A stretch of 54,055 nucleotides of DNA, filler included, from Limisphaerales bacterium (GTDB taxonomy: Bacteria; Verrucomicrobiota; Verrucomicrobiia; Limisphaerales; SIBE01), in the NCBI GenBank assembly GCA_044225505.1. It is 2 parts of 2 records of this genome, joined end to end, with 100 filler letters (N's around TTAATTAATTAA, not from the genome) between each part and the next. Parts side by side here need not be neighbours in the genome. Positions count along the whole stretch, not along the records: positions 1 to 27,022 come from JBGAIN010000112.1; 1 more part is not named here. One strand, written 5' to 3'. The position numbers and the translations under genes were made by a program. The notes beneath the pieces were generated by a model. It searched no databases. It worked only from the letters and a program-made list of their open reading frames with translations, and was not told the DNA's origin. Positions 7,827 to 17,118 of this stretch are shown in pieces (position 1 is the stretch's first letter; each line of letters opens with the position of its first letter).

Positions 7827-8186
7827 GCCGTCGCGAGCCGCAGTCTCCGAGGCGTCGCTCGTGTTCAGGTGGGCACCGGTGGAATTTCGGCTGACTTTTT
7901 TCCAAAACGGCTTTTTCCGGTTAACTGCTTTTCACTTCGGCTAACTATTTTTCAGGAACAAATGCATCGAACGCAGCCCCGGCCGCAATCATACGTGTAG
8001 GTACAAATCGGTTGCCAAATAGCTGGGGCTAAACGATAGTGGCCCGGCAGAATTGGCTTGACCAAGCGAAGGTTGCACCCAGTTCCTGGCTTGATGAATT
8101 CTAGCAATATAACAATTTGGCACGACGTTCGAACGTCCCGCACCCGGACACCCCGGACGCAACGCTGTTTTCTCGTTCACGACCGC

Positions 8187-9353
8187 GTGTCCCGAACGCC
8201 ATCCTCGATCCCCGCAGTGGCCCGAATTGTATTTGCCGCCACGATTCTAGCCTCGGCCCTGGCCGCAAACGCGGCCGAGCCAAGCAAAGGAGCCTGGCCC
8301 ATGTTCCGCGGAAGTCCCGGCCTCGCGGGCGTCGCCGCAGGCACTCTGCCAGAAACCCTGGCACTCCAATGGACCTTCAAAACCGAAGGTCCGGTCAAAT
8401 CCTCGGCCGCCATCGTGGGTGACCGGGTCTTCGTCGGATCGGATGATGGCAATCTCTACGCCTTGGAACTTAGCACTGGCAAAAAGGTCTGGTCCTTCAA
8501 GACAGGCGGCCCGGTGGAATCGTCGCCTTTGGTGCTGGATGAGCGCGTCTTTTTCGGTTCCACCGACGCCAATCTCTATGCGGTCGATGCCAAGACCGGC
8601 AGCCAGGTCTGGAAATACGAGACGGGCGACAAGATCTTGAGCGGACCGAACTGGTTTCAACCGACCAATTCCGCAGCTCCCTGGATCCTGGTAGGCAGTT
8701 ACGATTACAAGCTTCATTGCGTCGATTGGGGGACCGGGAAGACCAATTGGACCTACGAAACGGGCAATTACATTAACGGCTCCCCAGCCATTGGGAATGG
8801 CCGCACGGTCTTCGGCGGGTGCGACGCCGTCGTACACGTGATCTCTCTCCAGGACGGCAAGAAGGTCAAGGAAATCGAAGCTGGCGCCTACATTGCCGTG
8901 TCTGTCGCGGTGGCGGATAACCGGGCTTACTTCGGCCATTACGAGAACGAGTTTCTATGCATCGACCTGGAAGCTGGCAATGTCGCGTGGCGGTTTAAAG
9001 ATCGCCCGTTCCCCTTCTTTTCTTCGCCCGCCGTGGTTGAAAACAAAGTCTTAGTGGGCGGACGGGACAAACGATTGCATTGTTTACAAAAGCAAGACGG
9101 CAAAGAAATCTGGTCGTTCAGCGCCCGAGGCAAAGTCGATAGTTCCCCGGTCGTCTGTGGAGACAAAGTGGTCGTGGGATCGGACGACGGCCGGCTTTAC
9201 CTGGTCGCGCTCGCGACCGGCAAAGAAATCTGGAACTACGAAATTGGTCGCCCGATTTCCGCCTCGCCCGCGGTGGTGGATGGCCGGGTGATTATTGGAT
9301 CGGAAGACGGGTCAGTCTATGCCTTCGGCGCCAAAAGCACCGCCCGGAAATAA
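8187..9353 (+). CDS. Secreted PQQ-like/BamB-like beta-propeller repeat protein
   Basis: Signal peptide, WPMFRG, and repeated SSPAV..G.V.VGS.DG.LYA...TGK..W.F units; start uncertain. Confidence 0.9.
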   Translation: MSRTPSSIPAVARIVFAATILASALAANAAEPSKGAWPMFRGSPGLAGVAAGTLPETLALQWTFKTEGPVKSSAAIVGDRVFVGSDDGNLYALELSTGKKVWSFKTGGPVESSPLVLDERVFFGSTDANLYAVDAKTGSQVWKYETGDKILSGPNWFQPTNSAAPWILVGSYDYKLHCVDWGTGKTNWTYETGNYINGSPAIGNGRTVFGGCDAVVHVISLQDGKKVKEIEAGAYIAVSVAVADNRAYFGHYENEFLCIDLEAGNVAWRFKDRPFPFFSSPAVVENKVLVGGRDKRLHCLQKQDGKEIWSFSARGKVDSSPVVCGDKVVVGSDDGRLYLVALATGKEIWNYEIGRPISASPAVVDGRVIIGSEDGSVYAFGAKSTARK

Positions 9354-9372
9354 AGAGAAAGCATCACTTGGC

Positions 9373-10725
9373 ATGAGCACGAGCAGCCTCCCCAACACCG
9401 CCACTCCCAGCGCGGACCCGTCCCAGGCCAAGGCCACGACCGCTGGCAATTACTTCGTCTCGAACTACCCGCCTTTCTCGTTCTGGAAACCTGAACGAAC
9501 CGACGAATTGGCCGCCGCTGTTGAACGGCCGCCCAAGCCAGATACCGATCTCGGCGTTTACCTGCACATTCCGTTCTGCCGAAAACGCTGTCACTTTTGT
9601 TACTTCAAGGTTTATACGGACAAGGATTCGACCGCGATTCGAGCCTATATCGAAGGCGCGCTCAAGGAGCTCCGTTTATATTCCAGCAAGCCGTTCATTG
9701 GCGGGCGCCGGCCGAGCTTTGTCTATTTCGGCGGCGGCACACCGTCCTATCTGTCAGTCGATCAGCTGCGTCATCTGACCGACGGGATGAAGGAGATGTT
9801 GCCGTGGGATCGAGTGGAGGAGGTGACCTTCGAGTGTGAACCCGGCACCTTGACCGACCACAAGCTAAAGGCCATCCGCGAAATGGGCGTCACGCGCCTG
9901 AGTTTGGGCGTAGAGAATTTCAACGATCACATTCTCGAGATCAACGGCCGAGCCCATCATTCCAAGGAAATCGCCCGCGCCTACGGTTACGCTCGAGAAC
10001 TGGGTTTCCCCCAGATCAATATTGATCTGATCGCTGGGATGGTGGAAGAGACCGAAGAGAACTGGCGCGATTGCATTCAAAAGACGATCGAGATGTCGCC
10101 GGACAGCGTCACGATCTACCAGATGGAAGTGCCTTACAACACGACCATCTATAAGCAGATGAAGGCGGAAGGCAAACTCGTGGCGCCTGTGGCTGATTGG
10201 GAAGTCAAACGCCACTGGGTGGAAGAAGCGTTCGCCGAGCTCGAGAAAGCCGGCTATATCGTCGCCAGCGCCTATACCGCAGTCAAAGACAAGGCCCGCA
10301 CCCGGTTCCTTTATCGCGACCGGCTTTGGGCCGGGGCCGACCTGTTAGGCCTGGGCGTGGCTTCCTTCGGGCACATTGGAGGAACGCATTACCAGAATCA
10401 GCACGAGTTTGAGCCATACATCAACGCCCTGACCGATGGCAAACTACCCGTCTATCGCGCGCTCACACCGTCCGCGGACGAGCGGTTGATCCGGGAATTC
10501 ATCCTGCAACTGAAGCTCGGTCGCACCAGCCGAGAGTACTTCCGCCACAAGTTCGGGATCGAAGTTAAAGACCGGTTCGCTGCGCCGCTCCAAACTTTGA
10601 CGGACTGGGGTTACCTGACATTGGAAGGGGACACTATCCGGCTGAATCGAGACGGGCTGCTGCAGATCGACCGCCTTTTGCACGAGTTCTTCCTGCCGGA
10701 ACATCAGCACGCGCGCTATGCCTGA
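9373..10725 (+). CDS. HemN-like radical SAM enzyme
   Basis: YLHIPFCRKRCHFCY (CxxxCxxC), YFGGGTPS, RLSLGVE, INIDLIAG. Confidence 0.92.
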   Translation: MSTSSLPNTATPSADPSQAKATTAGNYFVSNYPPFSFWKPERTDELAAAVERPPKPDTDLGVYLHIPFCRKRCHFCYFKVYTDKDSTAIRAYIEGALKELRLYSSKPFIGGRRPSFVYFGGGTPSYLSVDQLRHLTDGMKEMLPWDRVEEVTFECEPGTLTDHKLKAIREMGVTRLSLGVENFNDHILEINGRAHHSKEIARAYGYARELGFPQINIDLIAGMVEETEENWRDCIQKTIEMSPDSVTIYQMEVPYNTTIYKQMKAEGKLVAPVADWEVKRHWVEEAFAELEKAGYIVASAYTAVKDKARTRFLYRDRLWAGADLLGLGVASFGHIGGTHYQNQHEFEPYINALTDGKLPVYRALTPSADERLIREFILQLKLGRTSREYFRHKFGIEVKDRFAAPLQTLTDWGYLTLEGDTIRLNRDGLLQIDRLLHEFFLPEHQHARYA

Positions 10726-11380
10726 TCGACGTGTTCCCGGAGACAACCAACGCACCGCGCAAGCCGCCGGCATCGTGGCTGAATCCGATCCTAAGCGGCC
10801 GACCGCACTGCCGATTGCGTATCCGTTGGATGATTTTTACGCGCGCGCGGGACTGGCTCTGCCCAAGGTGGAGACCATCCAAGCCGAAGAGATGCCCGAG
10901 CCGTACCGCTCGCTCCTCGCGCATAACAACGACATGACGCCAACGTTGTCGGCGTTCCATGCCCAGATCATTCATCTGCGAGTGCTAAGCCGCCAGTATC
11001 GGGATGACTTTTACTTCCGCGAGGTGGTCTTGTTCACCGAACGAAACAGCCAGCCCGTGGAGTTCGGCGCGATTCGAATCAACCTGGCCTTATTCGCCCC
11101 GAACGTTCGTCGGCATATCCTGGATGAGCGCGTGCCCCTTGGACAACTGCTGCGCGTGCACGCCGTGCCCCATTCCAGCCGGCCCAAAGCCTATTTCCGA
11201 TTGCAGGCAGACGCCCTGATGTGCCAAGCCCTGGACCTTGCCGAACCCCAACCTTTATACGGTAGGCGCAACACGCTGTCCGACTCCGTGCAGCGGCCAT
11301 TGGCCGAAGTGGTGGAGATCCTGCCTCCGGTCGCGCCCACGCCAGACGGTTACCTCTCGAAACCTGACGTAAACTCATGA
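10718..11380 (+). CDS. Chorismate-lyase/UTRA-fold protein
   Basis: MPEPYRSLL.H..DMT.TL, YFREVVL, PVEFG.I.I, PLG.LL, YGRRN.L, PLAEVVEILPP. Confidence 0.65.
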   Translation: MPDRRVPGDNQRTAQAAGIVAESDPKRPTALPIAYPLDDFYARAGLALPKVETIQAEEMPEPYRSLLAHNNDMTPTLSAFHAQIIHLRVLSRQYRDDFYFREVVLFTERNSQPVEFGAIRINLALFAPNVRRHILDERVPLGQLLRVHAVPHSSRPKAYFRLQADALMCQALDLAEPQPLYGRRNTLSDSVQRPLAEVVEILPPVAPTPDGYLSKPDVNS

Positions 11381-12669
11381 AGTACCCCCCAGCATACGAT
11401 GCCATCGTGATCGGAGGCGGCCCAGCCGGCTCCGCCACGGCCGCGATTCTAGCCGAATACGGGCACCGCGTGGTTGTTTTAGAAAAAGAGAAATTCCCGC
11501 GTTACCATATCGGCGAATCGCTCTTGCCTTTTACGTTCTACCCCCTGCAACGGCTTGGCTTGATCGAACAAATGCGCAAATCCGCGTTTGTTAAGAAGTA
11601 CAGCGTGCAGTTCGTGTCCCCGTCCGGCAAAGCGTCGCAGCCGTTCTATTTCTTTAATCGCTACAGCCAGGACGTCGCGCAAACGTGGCAAGTGTTGCGG
11701 TCCGATCTGGATGAACTGCTCTTGACCAATGCGCGCGCGAAGGGCGCTGAGGTTCGTGAGCAAACACGGGTCACCGAACTGATCAAACAGGACCACCGCG
11801 TGGTGGGCGTAAAAGCACAAGGCCCTGACGATCAGGTCATAGAATTCCGTGCCCCGATCACCATCGACTGTTCCGGGCGCGACGCGTTTGCCGCCGTGCG
11901 GCATCAGTGGCGCATTGGAGATCCGCAATTGCACAAGGTCGCTGTGTGGACGTATTACGAAGGGGCCAAGCGCGACCCAGGCATTGACGCCGGCGCCACA
12001 ACCGTGGCTTTTGTCCCGGAGAAGGGCTGGTTCTGGTACATTCCGTTGCACAACGATCGGGTGAGCGTCGGCGTCGTGGCGGAAGGCAGTTACCTCAGCC
12101 GCGACGGGGTCAAAATTCCTCAACAGATGTTCGAACGTGAAGTTGAGCAGAATCTTTGGATTAAAGAACACCTCGCTTGTGGGCGTCAGACCGGACCCTA
12201 CTTTATCACCGGGGAGTATTCCTATCATTCACGCCATTGCAGCAGCGACGGCCTGGTGCTCGCTGGGGATGCCTTTTGCTTCTTGGATCCCGTCTTTTCC
12301 TCAGGCTTGATGCTCGCATTAAAAAGCGGCGTTCTCGCGGCCGACGCCGTGCACGAAGCGCTCGTGGCCGGCGATGTTTCGGCTGCCCGCTTTCGCGCCT
12401 ACGGCCAGGCTTTGCGCATCGGCATCGAGAATATGCGCAAACTCGTTTACGCCTTTTACAACCCCAACTTCAGCTTCCGGCAGCTCACCGACAAATACCC
12501 GGACTTGGCCAATGACATTACCGATTGCTTGTCCGGGGATGTGGACAAGGATTACTCGCGCCTTTATACCGCCGTGGCAGAATTCGCCGAAGTCCCGGAA
12601 TCGTTGCCTTACGGCGATCCTTACGTTCAAGCCCCTAATTCAGGGACGCTCGTTTCAAACGCCGCTTAA
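11377..12669 (+). CDS. FAD-dependent oxidoreductase, flavin-halogenase-like
   Basis: IGGGPAG, FPRYHIGESL, WxWxIP motif (GWFWYIP), GDAFCFLDPVFSSG; ATGA overlap with the upstream gene. Confidence 0.88.
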   Translation: MKYPPAYDAIVIGGGPAGSATAAILAEYGHRVVVLEKEKFPRYHIGESLLPFTFYPLQRLGLIEQMRKSAFVKKYSVQFVSPSGKASQPFYFFNRYSQDVAQTWQVLRSDLDELLLTNARAKGAEVREQTRVTELIKQDHRVVGVKAQGPDDQVIEFRAPITIDCSGRDAFAAVRHQWRIGDPQLHKVAVWTYYEGAKRDPGIDAGATTVAFVPEKGWFWYIPLHNDRVSVGVVAEGSYLSRDGVKIPQQMFEREVEQNLWIKEHLACGRQTGPYFITGEYSYHSRHCSSDGLVLAGDAFCFLDPVFSSGLMLALKSGVLAADAVHEALVAGDVSAARFRAYGQALRIGIENMRKLVYAFYNPNFSFRQLTDKYPDLANDITDCLSGDVDKDYSRLYTAVAEFAEVPESLPYGDPYVQAPNSGTLVSNAA

Positions 12670-12783
12670 CGGAGGCCTGGATTTGCTTGAAACAACCAGA
12701 GTGATAAAGCTGAACAGGTCTGAAGCATCGCCTCGCTAGGAGAATTCTGGCCAAGCCCCTGCCCCGCTTGATACGCTCAACGG

Positions 12784-13740
12784 GTGAACTTTTTAGTTAC
12801 GGGCGGAGCCGGCTTTATCGGCTCGCATGTGTGTGAGCGACTGCTGCAGGATGGCCATCGCGTCACTGTGTTCGATGACTTGAACGATTTTTACGATCCG
12901 GCGTTCAAGCGTAAGAACCTCCAGGAACTCGGCGCCGCGGGCGAGCGATTCAAGTTTGCCCCAGGCGACCTCGTGGATGCGGCTGCGGTCGGCCGTGTGA
13001 TGCAGGAAGGTCGTTATGACCAAATAATTCATTTGGCGGCGCGGGCTGGCGTCCGGCCAAGTTTGGAACAACCGGCCCTTTACCAGCGGGTCAATGTGGA
13101 AGGCACCGTCAACGTCTTGGAAGCCGCTCGCCAGGCGGGCGTTTCCAAAGTCACGATCGCGTCATCGTCCTCTGTCTACGGAGTAAACTCGAAGGTGCCT
13201 TTCTCTGAAAGCGATCCGATCTTCTCGGCCATTTCCCCTTACGCCGCCAGCAAACTGGCTTGCGAAGCACTCGGTCATGTGTATCACCACGTTTATGGTT
13301 TGGACATCGCGATGCTCCGCTTCTTCACGGTCTATGGCCCGCGCCAGCGGCCGGACCTCGCGATTTTCAAGTTTGCTCGATTGATGACCCAAGGCCGGCC
13401 TATCCCTGTTTTTGGCGACGGCTCGACCGCACGTGACTACACCTACGTGAGCGACACCGTCGACGGCATCCTGGCCTGCACGCGGCAGAAATTTGGCTTT
13501 GAAGTGTTCAACCTGGGCGAGTCCCAGACCGTCACCCTCAGCCAACTGATCGCCCTGCTGGAAACCGCTCTTGGCATCCGAGCGCAGATCGACCGTCAAC
13601 CCGTGCAACCGGGCGACGTTCCCATCACGTTCGCCGATATCTCCAAAGCCCAAGCGAAGCTCGGATACCATCCCAAGATCAAGATCGAGGAGGGAATTCC
13701 GCGGTTTGCCGAATGGTTCCGCCGCGCTTTTCCAAAATAA
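12784..13740 (+). CDS. NAD-dependent nucleotide-sugar epimerase (UDP-glucuronate 4-epimerase-like)
   Basis: TGGAGFIG, HLAARAGVRPS, YAASK, RFFTVYGPRQRPD. Confidence 0.92.
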   Translation: MNFLVTGGAGFIGSHVCERLLQDGHRVTVFDDLNDFYDPAFKRKNLQELGAAGERFKFAPGDLVDAAAVGRVMQEGRYDQIIHLAARAGVRPSLEQPALYQRVNVEGTVNVLEAARQAGVSKVTIASSSSVYGVNSKVPFSESDPIFSAISPYAASKLACEALGHVYHHVYGLDIAMLRFFTVYGPRQRPDLAIFKFARLMTQGRPIPVFGDGSTARDYTYVSDTVDGILACTRQKFGFEVFNLGESQTVTLSQLIALLETALGIRAQIDRQPVQPGDVPITFADISKAQAKLGYHPKIKIEEGIPRFAEWFRRAFPK

Positions 13741-13983
13741 AAGCTGGCGCCTCATCTCGCTCCGATCCGCCACATCCAAACAGCCGCCGTCCGACTTCGG
13801 GGCGCGGCTGTATCCGCAGGATCAGCCGCAGTCTACGGGGTGCAATCCGCCCCACCAAAGAGACCAAAGTCCTTCGACGGATGCGTCGCACACAGCCGCG
13901 TTCCTCAATCTCAATCGTTCTTGACCGCGCCACAGCCGACGCATGCTCGACAGCGCCCTGGGAAGGACCTACGTTACGCACGA

Positions 13984-15135
13984 TTGAACACGACTCGCTT
14001 AACACCTTCCCAACGCCTGCTTTGCGAGCTCATCGGGATTCCCAGTGTCAACCCGGCGTTTGTCTTTGGAACCGAGGCTTATGCCGGTGAGCAGAGCGTC
14101 GCGGATTTCCTGGCCGGGGCCGCCGCCACGGCCGGCCTTCCCGTCGAGTTGCAGGAAGTGTTGCCAGGCCGGATGAATCTCATCGTCCGTTTATCCCCCG
14201 GGAAACGACCCCGCCAGCGAGTCTTGCTCGCCCCGCACCTCGACACCGTTGGCGCCCCGGGAGACTGGGGCAGAATGTTCAGCCCCACTTTGAAGAGCGG
14301 CCGAATTTACGGCCGCGGCGCGTGCGACACCAAAGGAAGCGTCGCCGCCATGTTCACCGCCTTGACCCGTCTCACCCAAACCGGCCCGCGCCCAGCGCAG
14401 ACCGAAATCGTCTTTGTCGGGCTGGTCGATGAAGAGAACGCACAGTCCGGCTCGCGGGCGATTGCGCAGAGCGGGCTTCGCGCAGACTTGGCCATTGTCG
14501 GAGAACCGACCCGGCTCCAGATTGTCACGGCACACAAAGGCGATGTCTGGCTGCGGCTTGATACTCATGGTAAATCGGCCCATGGCGCCCGTCCGGAACT
14601 CGGCAAGAATGCCGTGCATGAGATGGCCAAGATCGTCGATTTATTGGAGACGCAATACGCACAGGGACTCGCGCACCGGCGGCATCCTGTGCTGGGCCGT
14701 GCCACCGTAAACGTCGGATCGATCTGCGGTGGCACTCAGCCGAACATCGTGCCGGCCAACTGTTCCATCACCGTTGACCGGCGCACGTTACCCGGCGAAA
14801 CCGAATCGAGCGTGCGTCGCGAGATCGGGAAACTTCTGCGCCAGCACGGATTGCGCGCCACACTGGGCAGCGCTCGCAACGCCCCATGCATCGCGTTGGA
14901 AACCAATCCCAAATTGCCGCTGGTCCAGGAGTTCTTTCGCGTTGCCGGTCAAACCGATCCGGTAGGAGTAGACTATTTCTGCGACGCCGCGGTCCTGGCG
15001 AATGGAGGCATTCCCAGCGTCGTTTTCGGTCCCGGAGACATTGCCCAGGCGCATACAGCGGAGGAATGGATTTCCACGCGCAGCCTGGAAATGGCGACCG
15101 ATCTCCTGGAGCGTTATTTGCGTTCGTTGCCGTAA
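13984..15135 (+). CDS. M20 peptidase/deacylase (ArgE/DapE-like)
   Basis: HLDTV, YGRGACDTKG, DEE, GEPT, FGPGDIAQAHT; start uncertain. Confidence 0.9.
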   Translation: MNTTRLTPSQRLLCELIGIPSVNPAFVFGTEAYAGEQSVADFLAGAAATAGLPVELQEVLPGRMNLIVRLSPGKRPRQRVLLAPHLDTVGAPGDWGRMFSPTLKSGRIYGRGACDTKGSVAAMFTALTRLTQTGPRPAQTEIVFVGLVDEENAQSGSRAIAQSGLRADLAIVGEPTRLQIVTAHKGDVWLRLDTHGKSAHGARPELGKNAVHEMAKIVDLLETQYAQGLAHRRHPVLGRATVNVGSICGGTQPNIVPANCSITVDRRTLPGETESSVRREIGKLLRQHGLRATLGSARNAPCIALETNPKLPLVQEFFRVAGQTDPVGVDYFCDAAVLANGGIPSVVFGPGDIAQAHTAEEWISTRSLEMATDLLERYLRSLP

Positions 15136-15179
15136 AACAGCCCTAGCCTGGGTAGTCCCAGGCGGAGCTGCGATCGAAC

Positions 15180-16385
15180 ATGAGAGTTGCGTTCATCACT
15201 CACGAACCTTTCTTTCCACCGAGCGGCGGCGGCTCGGCGGAGGCGGTCTATCTGGTGCAGGAATTCGTGCGGCGTGGCCACGAGGTGCACATCTTTTGTC
15301 CGACGGTCAAAGATCCTGCAGCGGTGGAGAAAGAGTTCACGGTAAAGTTGCATCTTTTTACCCGCTGGCAGATGGGACGCTACACCTCCTTTCGCAATTT
15401 CAAGTATCTCCTGTATCCGAACGCCATTGCGAAGGAAGTCGAACGGGCCGCCAAGTCCCTTTCTTTTGATCTCCTGTTTTCGCAGCACGCCATTTCCGCG
15501 GTCGCAGCGGGTCAGCTCAAAGGCCGTCTAAGCGTTCCCGTGGTGATGAATTTTCTCGATTACCTCACCGGCTTCATGGAGACGTGGCCCGCGTATAAAG
15601 CGCCACCCCAACTCGTGCAGCGGTTGATGACGTATGAACTCTCCCTCCCCAGCCGCTTCAGCGCCGATGGCGTGCTGACCGTTTCCGACACCCTGGCGGA
15701 TTATCTCAGCGCCAAGGGTTACCCGCGCGGCCGGATTTTGCCGATCTACTACGGGTTCGATGCCGACCTCTTCCCTTTGAGACCCGCGATTGATCCCGCG
15801 CCTGCCCAGGACGCTCCCACCATCGTGATGCACGGATCGCTCGATCACCATCATTTGCGCCGCATCGCCCTCGATGCCATGGCCATGGTCGTGCATAACC
15901 GCCCGGACGCCGTCTTTAAGTTTATCGGCCGTGAAACCGGCGCTCTCAAAAGTTTCCTAAAATCCGCGGGACGTCGTGTTCCCGGAGCCCTGGTGGAATG
16001 CACTGGATTCGTGCCTTACAATGAAATCTCCCAGCACCTCGCCCAGGCCACCGTCGGCATTGTGCCGTATGAAGAATCGGTCGGGACCCACTGCGCCTTC
16101 GTCGCCAAGATCGTTGAGTATCTCGGCGTTGGCCTGCCTGTGGTGAGCACTCCGCTCCGCAGTGCAACAGCCTATTTCGGAGAGGAACCGATGGTGCGCT
16201 TCTCGGAGTTTGATGGCGCGAGCTTTGGACGCAAAATCCTCAGTTTGCTGGTGGATGCTCCGGTCTTGCGGCAGCAGTTCGCCAAAGCCGCCAGTGATAA
16301 AGTGCGAACCGAACTGGATTGGCGTGTGATCAGCGCCCGCGCCCTCGACTTCGTAGAGTCGATGGCGTCGCCGCCGCGAAGATAG
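15180..16385 (+). CDS. Glycosyltransferase family 4
   Basis: GGGS.E...L...F.RRGHEVHIF, KIVEYLGVGLPVVST, and C-terminal LDW. Confidence 0.85.
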   Translation: MRVAFITHEPFFPPSGGGSAEAVYLVQEFVRRGHEVHIFCPTVKDPAAVEKEFTVKLHLFTRWQMGRYTSFRNFKYLLYPNAIAKEVERAAKSLSFDLLFSQHAISAVAAGQLKGRLSVPVVMNFLDYLTGFMETWPAYKAPPQLVQRLMTYELSLPSRFSADGVLTVSDTLADYLSAKGYPRGRILPIYYGFDADLFPLRPAIDPAPAQDAPTIVMHGSLDHHHLRRIALDAMAMVVHNRPDAVFKFIGRETGALKSFLKSAGRRVPGALVECTGFVPYNEISQHLAQATVGIVPYEESVGTHCAFVAKIVEYLGVGLPVVSTPLRSATAYFGEEPMVRFSEFDGASFGRKILSLLVDAPVLRQQFAKAASDKVRTELDWRVISARALDFVESMASPPRR

Positions 16386-16485
16386 CGGAGTCTCCCACGA
16401 GGAAGGGGGGCCGCCAACCCACGGCCGTTCGGGCAGGTTTTGGCAGACGTTGCCAACCGGAATTCGCACGAAGGGCGAGAAAGGA

Positions 16486-16609
16486 GGATTACGAGGAGGA
16501 GGACGACAATTACGAGTAAGAGCAGGATCAAGATTACGATTAGGATTAGGATTAGGATTAGGATTGGGATTGGGATTGGGATTGGGATTTAGAGCAGGAT
16601 TACGATTAG
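16486..16609. repeat. Hexamer simple-sequence tract (GATTAG/GATTGG/GATTAC) containing (GGGATT)3GGG
   Basis: Read directly; lies between the convergent GT4 and ArsR stop codons. Confidence 0.9.
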
Positions 16610-16618
16610 TCCCTCACG

Positions 16619-16978
16619 CTAAGCGGCCCCCGAACTAAAGAGGCTCGCGGCGTCGGCATGTTGTTGCAGCCGCTTGCGAATACTTCCACAAACATGTTCA
16701 CACAGCGCGAAAACATGGGCATCAGCGATGGAGTAGTAAGCGGTCACCCCTTCCTTGCGTCGGTTCACCAATCCGGCGTCGGCCAAGGTCTGAAGATGCC
16801 TTGAAACACCGGATTGCGTTGCAGCTGTCGCTTTGGCCAGTTCCGTCACGTTCTTCTCGCCCTGTTCCAGCGCAATTAACAGCCTCAGGCGAGCAGGCTC
16901 ACTGAGGACCTTGAAGCGCGATGCAATCAGGTCGATCGCCTCGTCCGAGAGATCTCTGGCTCTAAGCTTTTTCGGCAT
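16619..16978 (-). CDS. ArsR/SmtB-family transcriptional regulator
   Basis: FKVLSEPARLRLL, NVTELA, QSGVSRHL..L..AGLV.RRKEG..AYY, and C-terminal LCEHVC. Confidence 0.92.
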   Translation of the reverse strand: MPKKLRARDLSDEAIDLIASRFKVLSEPARLRLLIALEQGEKNVTELAKATAATQSGVSRHLQTLADAGLVNRRKEGVTAYYSIADAHVFALCEHVCGSIRKRLQQHADAASLFSSGAA

Positions 16979-17118
16979 GCAACACGGATGACGACGCCGA
17001 GATACTGCTTTTTTTTGACAAAGGCGTCCACTCCAGAGTGCAAAATCCGCGACGGCCAAGAGGACGCGGGCCGCTGCTCCTGCAGGACCCGCGTTTGTCC
17101 TAGAAAAACCGCGTTGAG

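Noticed and set aside
9373..10725. Assigning the gene symbol hemN or hemW
   Set aside because: The family is functionally diverse and the context has no heme-pathway genes.
16450..16638. 62-aa LGLGLG ORF and the antisense Leu/Val-rich ORF
   Set aside because: Both are translations of the hexamer repeat tract.
17064..17094. ACGCGGG...CCCGCGT hairpin as an intrinsic terminator
   Set aside because: The stem is plausible but no U-tract follows on the transcribed minus strand, so support is too weak.
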